Made by a program: the position numbers and the translations under genes. Of a stretch of 64,000 nt of DNA, positions 37,286 through 48,921 are shown one piece after another. Positions within the stretch are counted from its first letter, which is position 1. Every line of letters starts with the position of its first letter. This DNA comes from Propionibacteriaceae bacterium (GTDB lineage: Bacteria > Actinomycetota > Actinomycetes > Propionibacteriales > Propionibacteriaceae), in contig DASVEX010000171.1 of assembly GCA_036380335.1 (NCBI GenBank), positions 162 to 64,161 of the forward strand. The letters are read 5' to 3'. The notes below the pieces were generated by a model, which worked only from the letters and a program-made list of their open reading frames with translations, did no database searches and was not told the DNA's origin.

Positions 37286-37864
37286 ATGAGAATTGGCTCC
37301 ACCAGGAAGGATCTGCGCGCCGAAATTGACGCGTGCGGATACTTCCCGGAACTCGTCGAGGACGCGGTCATGCTTGCGCTCGGCGACGAGGAGCTGCTGG
37401 ATTTTGTCGTGCACCACGAGCCGACGTTCAATCGTGACGAGATCCACCGTCATGTCACCGTGCTCGCTTTGACTCCGACCAGATTGGTGATCGGGCATAC
37501 CGATGACCAGCCTGCCGAGCCGCCGACGCCAGGCATCTATGCGGCGTCTTCGACTGAGTCGGTGGCGTTGAAGAAGATCAACACGGTCGCTTTGACCCGC
37601 GTTGTCACCCAGCCGGAGGCCTACCAGGCCGGTTCGGAGGATGTGTTTGAGACCTGGCTGGCAGTGGGCTGGGGAGCGGTGCGCCGGATCGATGTCGAAC
37701 CAGCGACATGCAGCGATCCGCAGTGCGAGGCCGATCATGGATACACCGGAACCCTGGTGGGTGACGACTTGACCGTGCGGATGAGCGCGGCAGCTGATGG
37801 CTCGGACCGAGTCGGCCGGCTGGTGCGGTTCGCCAGCTCGCTCCAGCGAGCGGCGGCAGTATGA
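37286..37864 (+). CDS. DUF5998-like conserved actinobacterial protein
   Basis: MRIGSTRKDLRAEIDACGYFPELVEDAV.... AGGA RBS 8 nt upstream. The track ORF opens at 37247. Confidence 0.6.
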   Translation: MRIGSTRKDLRAEIDACGYFPELVEDAVMLALGDEELLDFVVHHEPTFNRDEIHRHVTVLALTPTRLVIGHTDDQPAEPPTPGIYAASSTESVALKKINTVALTRVVTQPEAYQAGSEDVFETWLAVGWGAVRRIDVEPATCSDPQCEADHGYTGTLVGDDLTVRMSAAADGSDRVGRLVRFASSLQRAAAV

Positions 37865-39129
37865 CCTCACCCGTGGTGGGGAGATCTTCGCCACTAGCCG
37901 AGCAGCGCGCAAACCCCAACAAGAACGACCCCAACAAGAACGACTTTGACAAAAACGACTCTGACAAGAGCGACTCCGAGAAATCGCAACCGGCGAGCCA
38001 GTCACTGCCTGGGATGATCGTTCCGCGGTACAACTCCAGCACGCTCGGCGAGCTCCTGCCGAGCATCGGTGCGCACTTACGCGTGCCAGGATTCCGCGAG
38101 GACGTGCTCCGGCTGCCACAGTCGGCTCGTTACGTCGTTGTCCTCATCGATGGGCTCGGGTGGAATTTGCTGCGCCGCGCCGTACGCGAGGCGCCCTATC
38201 TCGCGTCGCTGCTGGGCAGCGCGCAGCCGATCACGTCAGCGGTGCCGAGTACGACAGTCACCAGCCTCGCAAGCCTGGGTACCGGTCTACCGCCAGGTCA
38301 GCACGGTCTGGTTGGCTACACCTCGCGGGTGCCGGCGACCGGTGAGATCCTCAACGCCTTGACCTGGGAGTCGGAGCCAGCTCCGGCGGCCTACCAGTCC
38401 AAGCCGACGTTCTTCGAGCGCGCCGCGACAGGCGGGATAGCGGTGACTACGGTTGCGCTCGCGCGATTCCGGGGCACCGGGTTGACCGAGGCCGCGCTGC
38501 GTGGAGCCTCCTTCGTGCCATTCACCGAGGACAGTGCTGAGGACCTTCGGATCGCCCTGATTGCCGAAGCGGCCTTACGTGGTGATCACAGCGTGGTTTA
38601 CGCGTACGAGCGAGAACTTGATCATTGTGGGCACGTACACGGCTGCAGTTCGGCTACCTGGCTCGAGCAGCTGGCGCGGATCGATGCCATGTGCGAGCGG
38701 TTGCGCGCTGCCTTGCCACCCGAGGTGACGCTGATCATCACCGCTGACCATGGCATGATCGACATTCCGCCACAGCAACGCATCGTGGCTGAGGATGATC
38801 CCGCTCTGATGGCGGGTGTGTCAGCGCTGGCCGGCGAAGGCCGCTTCAGGCAGCTCTATGTTGATCATGACTTGCCACAACGGGTGGCCGATCGATGGCG
38901 GGCACGGCTGGGTGAGCTGGCCTGGGTGCGCACCCGAGACGAGGCGATCGACGAAGGCTGGTTCGCCGCGATCGATGATCAACTGCGTGATCGCTGGGGA
39001 CACGTGCTGGTCGCGCTGCGGGGCGACTGGGCGATCATGACGAAGACGTTCCCTCGAGAATTCACGCTGATCGGCATGCATGGGTCACTCACACCAGCCG
39101 AGATGCTGGTGCCACTCATCGTGGCCTGA
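37861..39129 (+). CDS. Alkaline phosphatase / nucleotide pyrophosphatase (type I phosphodiesterase) family protein
   Basis: VVVLIDGLGWNLL, PSTTVTSLASLGTG, ITADHGM metal-site motifs. ATGA start/stop overlap with the upstream gene. Confidence 0.75.
   Translation: MTSPVVGRSSPLAEQRANPNKNDPNKNDFDKNDSDKSDSEKSQPASQSLPGMIVPRYNSSTLGELLPSIGAHLRVPGFREDVLRLPQSARYVVVLIDGLGWNLLRRAVREAPYLASLLGSAQPITSAVPSTTVTSLASLGTGLPPGQHGLVGYTSRVPATGEILNALTWESEPAPAAYQSKPTFFERAATGGIAVTTVALARFRGTGLTEAALRGASFVPFTEDSAEDLRIALIAEAALRGDHSVVYAYERELDHCGHVHGCSSATWLEQLARIDAMCERLRAALPPEVTLIITADHGMIDIPPQQRIVAEDDPALMAGVSALAGEGRFRQLYVDHDLPQRVADRWRARLGELAWVRTRDEAIDEGWFAAIDDQLRDRWGHVLVALRGDWAIMTKTFPREFTLIGMHGSLTPAEMLVPLIVA
37915..37989 (+). 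repeat. In-frame 15-bp tandem repeat, 5 units (first two identical) encoding PNKND-PNKND-FDKND-SDKSD-SEKSQ
   Basis: cccaacaagaacgac x2, then tttgacaaaaacgac, tctgacaagagcgac, tccgagaaatcgcaa. Confidence 0.85.
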
Positions 39130-39162
39130 GCGGGAGGCGCGGTGGGATGACAGGATTCCGGC

Positions 39163-39849
39163 GTGGCTGAGCTGTGCTACTTCACCGGACCGATGGACTG
39201 CGGAAAGTCGACGCTGGCTTTGCAGCTGGACTACACGCAGGCCGCCGCTGGACGGAAGGGCCGGCTCTTCACCAGCCGTGATCGTGCCGGCGAGTCGACG
39301 ATCTCCTCACGCCTTGGCCTGGCCAGGGCGGCGATCGAGGTCACCTGGGATTTTGATTTCTGGAACTACGTGGTCAGCCAGCTCACCAGTGGTCATCGGA
39401 TCGACTACCTGGTCTGCGATGAGACACAGTTCTACTCGGCACTACATGTTGATCAGCTCGCCCGGATCGTGGACGAGCTGCAGATCGACGTATTCGCCAT
39501 TGGCCTCCTCACCGACTTCGCCACCCGGCTGTTCCCTGGCTCACAGCGGCTCGTTGAGCTCTGCGACAGGATTGAGATCCTGCAGGTCCGCGCGCTCTGC
39601 TGGTGCGGGGAGCGAGCGACCCACAACGCTCGCACGATCAACGGCGCGATGGTGCTGGAGGGCGATCAGGTCGTGATCGGCGATATGCTCCCTGGTCCAG
39701 ACGCAGACGGCAGTGGAGAGGGTCAGGAGGTCGCGTACGAGGTGCTCTGTCGCCGCCATCATCGGCGTCGGCTCACGCGAGCGGTAGCGCGGGCGAGCTT
39801 CTCTGATCCGCTCCCGCTCGGCGAACGCGGGTCTGCCGATGAGCCGTAG
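39163..39849 (+). CDS. tdk: Thymidine kinase
   Basis: FTGPMDCGKST P-loop, DETQF, and C-terminal Cys pairs (ALCWCG...CRRH). Confidence 0.9.
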   Translation: MAELCYFTGPMDCGKSTLALQLDYTQAAAGRKGRLFTSRDRAGESTISSRLGLARAAIEVTWDFDFWNYVVSQLTSGHRIDYLVCDETQFYSALHVDQLARIVDELQIDVFAIGLLTDFATRLFPGSQRLVELCDRIEILQVRALCWCGERATHNARTINGAMVLEGDQVVIGDMLPGPDADGSGEGQEVAYEVLCRRHHRRRLTRAVARASFSDPLPLGERGSADEP

Positions 39850-40705
39850 AGCAGCCGTGTTGATCTCTGCTGCAGAGCTGGCCGCTCTGCTTGAGTCGGC
39901 GCAACAGCCGGTCGTCGCTGACGTGCGCTGGACTCTAGGCGGACCACCCGGTAAGCCGGAGTACGAAGCCGGCCATATTCCCGGCGCTGTCTGGGTGGAT
40001 CTCGAGTCGCACCTCACCGATACGCCGGGCGCCGGCGGCAGACACCCGTTGCCTCCCGTGGCCATCTTCGAGCAGGCGATGCGGGACATCGGCGTACGGC
40101 AGGATTCCTCGGTCGTTGCTTACGATGCTGCAACGTCGCAGGCGGCGGCACGCTTGTGGTGGCTGTTGAGCGACGCCGGACACGATGATGTCCGGGTGCT
40201 CAATGGCGGCCTCGCCGCCTGGATAGCCGCCGGTCTCCCGACCGCATCTGGCATGACACCGACGCCAACTCCGGGTGACTTCGTTGCACGACCCGGCCAA
40301 CGCCGACGGTTGAGTGCAGATCAGATCTCAGCGCGGTTGGGCAAGCCGGATGCTCCCACACTCGTCGACGTGCGGACCGCCGAGCGTTATGCAGGTGAGA
40401 ACGAGCCCATCGACCCAGTCGCCGGTCACATCCCCGGAGCCGTCAATGTGCCGTCGTCGGCGAATGCCTATCCCGACGGCCGATTCCTACCGTCCGCCGA
40501 GATCGCGGCCTTGTACGAGGCGGCGGGTGCGGTTAGCCACGGCGTCACCGACAACGCGGTGCTGTACTGCGGGTCAGGAATCACCGCCGCACAAAGCTTG
40601 TTGGCGCTGGAATCGGCTGGCCAGACGGCTGCCATCTACCCAGGCTCTTGGAGCGAGTGGATCAGTGACCCGAATCGGCCTATTGCGGTCGGTCGCCGTC
40701 CTTGA
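39839..40705 (+). CDS. Two-domain rhodanese sulfurtransferase (thiosulfate/3-mercaptopyruvate type)
   Basis: Tandem rhodanese domains with active-site CGSGITAA. GHIPGAV occurs in both halves. Confidence 0.85.
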   Translation: MSRRAAVLISAAELAALLESAQQPVVADVRWTLGGPPGKPEYEAGHIPGAVWVDLESHLTDTPGAGGRHPLPPVAIFEQAMRDIGVRQDSSVVAYDAATSQAAARLWWLLSDAGHDDVRVLNGGLAAWIAAGLPTASGMTPTPTPGDFVARPGQRRRLSADQISARLGKPDAPTLVDVRTAERYAGENEPIDPVAGHIPGAVNVPSSANAYPDGRFLPSAEIAALYEAAGAVSHGVTDNAVLYCGSGITAAQSLLALESAGQTAAIYPGSWSEWISDPNRPIAVGRRP

Positions 40706-41974
40706 TTAACTCTGCCGCTTGGGTCCGCCGAACATGATTTCGTCCCAGCTCGGCACCGACGCCCGCTTGCGTTTCATGCTCTTCCGCTGCGGTTCGGTGT
40801 CGGGGTGGGCCAGCGACTCGATCTCGAACTCATGTGCTTCGTCGGTCCGATCCGCCAGATTCACCGCCGGATCAGGTGGTCCGGGCTCGTCGGTCCCACG
40901 CAATTCCTCCTCGGCTGCTGCGTGAGGCAGCTCTGATGGGCGCTGCACCGTTTCAGGCGCGTCAAGTGCCCCATCCTCGTGCATGCTGGGCTCAACCGGA
41001 TAGTTGATCACGATCGCCGGCTCCCAGCCGCCGTCGGTGCTCGTTCCGGTTTCCGGTACCGCTGTGGCATCGCTCAGGCCCGCGTACACCCGCGGGGAGT
41101 CCTCGCTGTATCCGTCGCCGCCCAGCATCTCGTAGAGCGTTCCGATCGGCGACCGGCTGGCATCGTCCTCGTCAGTCTCGCTCGGGACGGGCACGTCCAC
41201 GACTGGATGCAGCGTCCGCGAAACCGCAACAGTCGGCTCGTCGTTGGCCGGCTCGTCGGGTACGGGCCGTTGCTGGGTAACGGGACGAGTCCTCTTCGTC
41301 GCGAGGAGCCTCTCGCTCAGATCGAGGGTGGGCTCGTTGTCGCCACTCTCAGCGGACTCCGCAGGCCGCGGACGGCCCGAGTGCAGCCCCTTGACCGAGG
41401 ACGGCTGATCGCCAAGCAACCATCGCGCTTCGTCGTTCCCAGCTACGGAAAACCGGCCTCGCAGGTCGTAGAAGAATGCCGCATGCCGGCTTGCCTCACC
41501 AGCCCGATAGTCCGCGGTAATGGCCCAGCGGCCATCGTCCAGACGATAGGAGTCCCAGGTGATCGCATCGATGTCGACCCCGCGCCCGACCAGTCGCTCA
41601 GTGACCGTGATGCGCAGACTGCGGTGTCCCGACGGTTCACCACGGCGGCGTACGGAGGACGACATGGCCATCGACGCAACATGTTCACGCTCAGCGAGGA
41701 CCGGCGCCGCGAAGCGCTCAACACGATCGGGTGGAATTCCTGCGACGCCGGCCACGTCTTCGAGGCTCTCGCCGGCCCGGATCCGGGCCTGAATATCACG
41801 GGGGGTGAGTGAGGTTTGCATCTCGATCTCCAGTTGTCCGAGCCGCGGTCGGTCACCCCGCACCGCTGCGCGGAGTCTTTCGTCCGCCTCGATGATCAAT
41901 TCCTCACCGCTCTCGGTGACCACGATCAAGGACTTTCCATCCGGGCTTAGTCCCACCAGTCGTGCGCTGCGCAT
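40706..41974 (-). CDS. sepH: Septation protein SepH (DUF3071)
   Basis: MRSARLVGLSPDGKSLIVVTESGEELII...LTPRDIQARIRAGES.EDVA N-terminal DUF3071 domain, disordered middle, basic C-terminus. Confidence 0.8.
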   Translation of the reverse strand: MRSARLVGLSPDGKSLIVVTESGEELIIEADERLRAAVRGDRPRLGQLEIEMQTSLTPRDIQARIRAGESLEDVAGVAGIPPDRVERFAAPVLAEREHVASMAMSSSVRRRGEPSGHRSLRITVTERLVGRGVDIDAITWDSYRLDDGRWAITADYRAGEASRHAAFFYDLRGRFSVAGNDEARWLLGDQPSSVKGLHSGRPRPAESAESGDNEPTLDLSERLLATKRTRPVTQQRPVPDEPANDEPTVAVSRTLHPVVDVPVPSETDEDDASRSPIGTLYEMLGGDGYSEDSPRVYAGLSDATAVPETGTSTDGGWEPAIVINYPVEPSMHEDGALDAPETVQRPSELPHAAAEEELRGTDEPGPPDPAVNLADRTDEAHEFEIESLAHPDTEPQRKSMKRKRASVPSWDEIMFGGPKRQS

Positions 41975-42110
41975 CCGTCGCGGCGGCTCCTCGTGCGGCA
42001 TTGTTCTCCTCAACTTACTCTGCCTCTCCTACGAAATGCGGGAGGCGCTCGGCCCTGCGAGTGCGCGAGGGAAACGAGTCGACCTTGGGCGGCGTCGTAC
42101 TGTCTTCTCC

Positions 42111-43514
42111 ATGCGTGAGCCTTCCCAACCGGAGCCAGTCACCCGAGGCCAGCTCCGCGCATCTGGATACGTAGGTCGTCGCATCAAGGCCGAGCTGCGC
42201 GCCAATCTGCTGCAACGCCTCCGGTCCGAGACCACGGCATTCCCCGGCATCGTCGGCTTCGATCTCACAGTGCTCCCCGAGCTGGAGAGTGCGATTCTGG
42301 CTGGTCACGATCTGGTGTTGCTCGGCGAGCGCGGACAGGGCAAGACCCGGCTGATGCGAACGATAGCTGGGCTGCTCGACGAGTGGAGCCCCAAGGTCGC
42401 CGGCTGTGAGATCCACGATGACCCCTACGCGCCGGTGTGCGTGCGATGTCGAGCCCTGGCTGCTGAGTTGGGCGATGAACTACCCGTCGAGTGGCGGCAC
42501 CGCGAGGAGCGATACACCGAGAAGCTGGCGACACCGGATACCTCGGTCGGTGACCTGATCGGGGATGTCGACCCCGTCAAGGTCGCTCAGGGCCGCACTC
42601 TCGGCGATCCGGAGACGGTGCACTACGGACTCGTGCCGCGCACCAACCGAGGCGTGTTCGGCCTCAACGAGCTGCCCGATCTTGCCGAGCGCATTCAGGT
42701 GGCCCTGTTCAATGTGTTGGAGGAGCGCGACATTCAGGTACGCGGCTATTCGCTGCGACTGCCGTTGGACGTCTTCCTCATCGCCACGGCCAACCCTGAG
42801 GACTACACAAATCGGGGCCGGATCATCACACCGCTGAAGGATCGGTTCGGTGCCGAGTTGCGCACCCATTACCTCACCGACCTCGCCGACGAGGTGAGGC
42901 TCATCCGCCAGGAGGCCACGCTGGTCGCCGAAGTTGGTGATCATCTGCTGGAGGTGCTGGCGCGCTTGGTCGGCAACCTCCGCGAATCCAGCTCCATCGA
43001 TCAGCGTTCGGGTGTCTCGGCCCGCTTCGCCATCGCAGCGGCAGAAGGCGTGGCAGCCTCGGCGTTGCGCCGCGCTGCGCGTAATCATGATCATGAAACA
43101 GCGATAGCGCGAACCTGTGATCTTGCGGTGGTGCTACCTACCTTGCTCGGCAAGATCGAGTTCGAAATGGGTGAGGAAGGCCGGGAACGAGCCGTCCTGG
43201 AACACCTGCTCCGGCTCGCCACAGCGGCGACGTTCCGCGATCGGCTTTCCGGTCTGGACTTGTCGGGTTTCACCGAGGTCTTCGCCCAGGGTGGCCTGGT
43301 CGAGACAGGTGATCTGGTCCCGGCATCCGATCTGCTGTCGCAACTGGGCGCGGTGCCCGGGTTATTCAAGGTGTTGTTCCGCCTCGGTTACGACGATTCG
43401 GCCGGCCCTGGACAGGTTGCTGCCGCTGCCGAGTTCACCTTGGAAGGGTTGCACCTGACTCGCCGGATCGATAAGGAGATCGCCAACGGGCGGGCGATCT
43501 ACGGCGCAGCCTGA
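42111..43514 (+). CDS. AAA+ ATPase, Mg-chelatase ChlI / MoxR-like
   Basis: LLGERGQGKTRLMR Walker A, VFGLNELPDL Walker B. Start moved to the ATG at 42111 because the track ORF overlaps sepH. Confidence 0.75.
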   Translation: MREPSQPEPVTRGQLRASGYVGRRIKAELRANLLQRLRSETTAFPGIVGFDLTVLPELESAILAGHDLVLLGERGQGKTRLMRTIAGLLDEWSPKVAGCEIHDDPYAPVCVRCRALAAELGDELPVEWRHREERYTEKLATPDTSVGDLIGDVDPVKVAQGRTLGDPETVHYGLVPRTNRGVFGLNELPDLAERIQVALFNVLEERDIQVRGYSLRLPLDVFLIATANPEDYTNRGRIITPLKDRFGAELRTHYLTDLADEVRLIRQEATLVAEVGDHLLEVLARLVGNLRESSSIDQRSGVSARFAIAAAEGVAASALRRAARNHDHETAIARTCDLAVVLPTLLGKIEFEMGEEGRERAVLEHLLRLATAATFRDRLSGLDLSGFTEVFAQGGLVETGDLVPASDLLSQLGAVPGLFKVLFRLGYDDSAGPGQVAAAAEFTLEGLHLTRRIDKEIANGRAIYGAA

Positions 43515-43520
43515 CAGGAA

Positions 43521-45533
43521 GTGATCATGGTTTCCGGCAACAGTGATCGCGATCACCCCGACGACCAGGGACCGGACCGGGCCCATCACAGGTACCGCTA
43601 CGGTGCCTGGCGCGGTGGACCGGACCCACTCAGGCCCCCCTTCGACGTACGCGAGGCCATTGATCGGATCGGTCAGGATGTGCTGTCGGCCGGCACAGTT
43701 CGCGATGCGCTGCGGGACCTGATGCGCCGCGGCATCGATGGTCGCGGTGGCCTCGACCGGCTGGCCGACAAGATCAGGAAGCTGCGCGCGCAGGCGCGGC
43801 GACGTGGCGATCTGGGTGGCGTCCTGGATCAGGTCCGAGCGGCGCTCGACCAGGCGCTCGCCGCCGAGCGGGATACCCTGGCGGCAGATAGCTCGGCGGA
43901 GGCGCGGCTGGCGGAGCTCGAGCTGGAGACGCTGCCCGATGATGTCGCCGGGGCTGTTCGGGGCCTTGATCAATATCCGTGGCGATCCGAGGAAGCCCGC
44001 GAGATCTTCGAGGCGATCAAGAACATGCTGCAGCGCGAGGTGCTGGACGCCCAGTTCGCTGGCATCAAAGAGGCGCTCGAGTCGCCGGATCCTGAGGCCA
44101 TGCAACGCGTGAAGGACATGCTGGCCGATCTCAATGCGCTGCTGGCCGCACACGCGCGGCAGGAGGACACGACCGACCAGTTCGCAGAGTTCATGGAGCG
44201 GCACGGCGAATTTTTTCCCGAACAGCCAGAGACGGTCGAGGAACTGATCGACGCGCTGGCCCGCCGCGAGGCAGCGGCCATGAGACTGATGGCCTCTCTC
44301 ACCCCTGAGCAGCGCGAACAACTCGGCCAATTGATGAGCCAGGCGCTCGCCGACGCAGATCTTGCCGCAGAAATGGCGCAGCTGGCTGACAATCTGCGGG
44401 CATTGCGTCCAGAACTCGATCGAGATCAACCAGTGGGCATGCGGCCGGGTGGCGAACCGCTCGGTTACAGCGCCGCCGTCGAGGCAGTCGCTGATCTGGC
44501 TGATCTCGAGGCGCTCCAGAACCAGCTGTCCCAGGGTGATCAGGCCTCGACGCTGGACGATGTGGATGTCGACTTGCTGGCCAAGCACCTCAGTCGAGAG
44601 GCTGTCAGTGACCTACAGGCGCTGCGTGATCTTGAACGAGAGCTGGAGCGGCAGGGATATTTGACCCGGGGTGATGACGGACTCCGACTGACCCCGCGGG
44701 CGGTCCGACGGCTTGGGCAGACAGCGCTCCGGCGAGTGTTCGCGCAGCTCGACGGCTCGAACAGTGGCGATCACGACGAGCACCAGACTGGTGCGGCTGA
44801 TGAGCCGACGGGCCTGACCCGGCCGTGGGTCTTCGGTGACGAGCTGCCGATCGATGCGCCGCGTACGGTGGCCAATGCGTTGCGCAGATCGGGGCTGGGA
44901 TCGGACGGTGTGACCCTGCTGGTTGACGACTTCGAGGTCACCGAAACCGAGCGGCGAACCAGCGCTGCCGTGGCTCTCTGCGTTGACCTGTCGTTCTCCA
45001 TGGTGCATGACGGACGCTGGGGACCGATGAAGCAAACCGCGCTGGCGCTCAATCAGCTCATTGAGACCCGATTCCGGCAGGATGCGCTGCAAGTCATCGG
45101 CTTCAACCGGCTGGCGCGCCGGCTGACACCGGTCCAACTGGCCGAGGCCGAGCCAGAGTGGACGCAAGGCACCAACTTGCAGCATGCATTGCTGCTTGCC
45201 TTGCGCCACGTGCGGCGGCACCCGGATGCCGAACCTGTGGTGCTGGTCGTCACTGATGGCGAACCGACGGCTCACCTGACCGGTGGGGGAGAGGCATATT
45301 TCCACTGGCCGACGACGTCGGAAACACTCCGTGCCACGATCGCGGAGGTGGACGAGCTCACTCGCTACGGCGCGACCATCAACACCTTCATGCTGGGAGA
45401 CGATCCCGGGCTTGCTCGCTTTGTCGATGCATTGGCCAGGCGGGCCGGGGGCCGGGTATTCACGCCCGACATATCTCGCCTCGGAGAGTACGTGGTCGCC
45501 GATTATCTGAGGGTTCGGCGCGGCCGTCGGTAA
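43521..45533 (+). CDS. VWA domain protein (partner of the upstream AAA+ ATPase)
   Basis: Long coiled-coil/acidic N-terminal part. C-terminal VWA with MIDAS-like VALCVDLSFSM ... VTDGEPT. Confidence 0.8.
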   Translation: MIMVSGNSDRDHPDDQGPDRAHHRYRYGAWRGGPDPLRPPFDVREAIDRIGQDVLSAGTVRDALRDLMRRGIDGRGGLDRLADKIRKLRAQARRRGDLGGVLDQVRAALDQALAAERDTLAADSSAEARLAELELETLPDDVAGAVRGLDQYPWRSEEAREIFEAIKNMLQREVLDAQFAGIKEALESPDPEAMQRVKDMLADLNALLAAHARQEDTTDQFAEFMERHGEFFPEQPETVEELIDALARREAAAMRLMASLTPEQREQLGQLMSQALADADLAAEMAQLADNLRALRPELDRDQPVGMRPGGEPLGYSAAVEAVADLADLEALQNQLSQGDQASTLDDVDVDLLAKHLSREAVSDLQALRDLERELERQGYLTRGDDGLRLTPRAVRRLGQTALRRVFAQLDGSNSGDHDEHQTGAADEPTGLTRPWVFGDELPIDAPRTVANALRRSGLGSDGVTLLVDDFEVTETERRTSAAVALCVDLSFSMVHDGRWGPMKQTALALNQLIETRFRQDALQVIGFNRLARRLTPVQLAEAEPEWTQGTNLQHALLLALRHVRRHPDAEPVVLVVTDGEPTAHLTGGGEAYFHWPTTSETLRATIAEVDELTRYGATINTFMLGDDPGLARFVDALARRAGGRVFTPDISRLGEYVVADYLRVRRGRR

Positions 45534-45558
45534 GGCCGGACGGCTCCGCGAATCAGAA

Positions 45559-47526
<1,968 letters not shown>

Positions 47527-47529
47527 GCG

Positions 47530-48921
47530 ATGGCCGAGCTGGCCGTCAGCCAGACTCCTATCCCTGGTCTGCTCGTCGTCTCCTTGGACCTACGCCGCGA
47601 CAACCGTGGCTGGTTCAAGGAGAACTGGCAGCGCGAGAAGATGGTTGCTCTTGGCCTGCCTGACTTCGCGCCGGTGCAGAACAACATCTCGTTCAACTCC
47701 GCGCTCGGCGCGACCCGAGGTATCCACGCCGAGCCGTGGGACAAGCTGGTCTCGCTGGCAACCGGACGAATCTTCGGTGCTTGGGTCGACCTACGGGCCG
47801 GTGCCGGCTTCGGTCGCTGCTTCACGGTTGAGATGGGTCCGGAGACGGCGGTCTTCGTGCCGCGCGGGGTCGGCAACGCCTTTCAGACTTTGGCCGATCA
47901 GACGGCGTACTCCTATCTGGTCAATGATCATTGGACACCGGCGGCGAAGGACTCCTACACCTTCGTCAATCTTGCGGACGAAACATTGGCGATCAACTGG
48001 CCGATTCCGCTCGAGCAGTCGGAATTGTCGGCGGCTGACAAGTCTCATCCACGACTTGCCGACGTGAAACCTGTAGAGCCGAAGCAGATCTTGATCATCG
48101 GCGCGGCTGGTCAGCTGGGACGAGCGTTGAGCACGATGATTCCGGCAGCGGCGCCGACCACCCGCGCCACCATGGATCTCGGCAGCCCGGAGTCGATCAA
48201 GAACTTCGATTTCGTACCGTACGCCGTCGTGATCAATGCCGGGGCCTACACCAAGGTCGATGCTGCTGAGACCGCGGCCGGGCGGCGGGAGGCCTGGGCC
48301 GTCAACGTGGCAGGCGTTGCTGCCCTCGTGGAGGCAGCTCGGAAGCACCGCTTCACCTTGGTGCACATCTCCTCGGACTACGTCTTCGATGGCTCGGTAG
48401 AGATGCACACCGAAACGGAGCCTTTATCCCCGCTCGGCGTCTACGGTCAGACCAAAGCAGCCGGTGACGCACTGGTCGGATCACTGCCGGCGCACTACCT
48501 GCTGAGAACCAGCTGGGTGATCGGCGACGGCCACAATTTCGTGCGCATCATGGCATCGCTGGCCGACCGCGGGGTCAATCCCGAGGTAGTAGATGATCAA
48601 TTTGGCCGGCTTACGTTCACGACGGAGGTCAGCCGCGCCATCCACCACCTGCTCGAGAAGAACGCGCCGTACGGTACCTACAACCTCAGCAATGCCGGCG
48701 ATCGTATGACCTGGGCCAGCATCGCTCGGGCAGTGTTTCAGGCGCGCGGCCGAGACGCAGCCTCAGTCAGCGGCGTGACAACGACCGAGTATGGGGCCGG
48801 TAAATCGCTCGCCCCCCGGCCGCGCAACAGCATGCTCAGTCTTGACAAGATCATCGGCTCCGGGTTCCAACCTGCGGATGCGATGACTGAACTGGAGACG
48901 TACCTGGCAGCGGAGCTTTGA
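47530..48921 (+). CDS. Fused dTDP-4-dehydrorhamnose 3,5-epimerase (N) / dTDP-4-dehydrorhamnose reductase (C)
   Basis: N-terminal half has the RmlC pattern (DNRGWFKENWQ, RGIHAEPWDKLV). C-terminal half has the RmlD pattern (ILIIGAAGQLGRAL, HISSDYVFDG, YGQTKAAGD). Confidence 0.85.
   Translation: MAELAVSQTPIPGLLVVSLDLRRDNRGWFKENWQREKMVALGLPDFAPVQNNISFNSALGATRGIHAEPWDKLVSLATGRIFGAWVDLRAGAGFGRCFTVEMGPETAVFVPRGVGNAFQTLADQTAYSYLVNDHWTPAAKDSYTFVNLADETLAINWPIPLEQSELSAADKSHPRLADVKPVEPKQILIIGAAGQLGRALSTMIPAAAPTTRATMDLGSPESIKNFDFVPYAVVINAGAYTKVDAAETAAGRREAWAVNVAGVAALVEAARKHRFTLVHISSDYVFDGSVEMHTETEPLSPLGVYGQTKAAGDALVGSLPAHYLLRTSWVIGDGHNFVRIMASLADRGVNPEVVDDQFGRLTFTTEVSRAIHHLLEKNAPYGTYNLSNAGDRMTWASIARAVFQARGRDAASVSGVTTTEYGAGKSLAPRPRNSMLSLDKIIGSGFQPADAMTELETYLAAEL

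Noticed and set aside
41805-42110. N-terminal extensions of track ORFs (AAA+ 41805, rfbA 46998, rfbB 46408, DUF3710 53011, trkA 56806, APC 57148, CHAD 30056, peptidase 18547, Mo-oxidoreductase 8990, DUF7455-like 22713)
   Set aside because: The extensions overlap neighbouring genes or lack family similarity. Internal ATG or GTG codons with an RBS coincide with the conserved N-termini, so shorter gene models were used.
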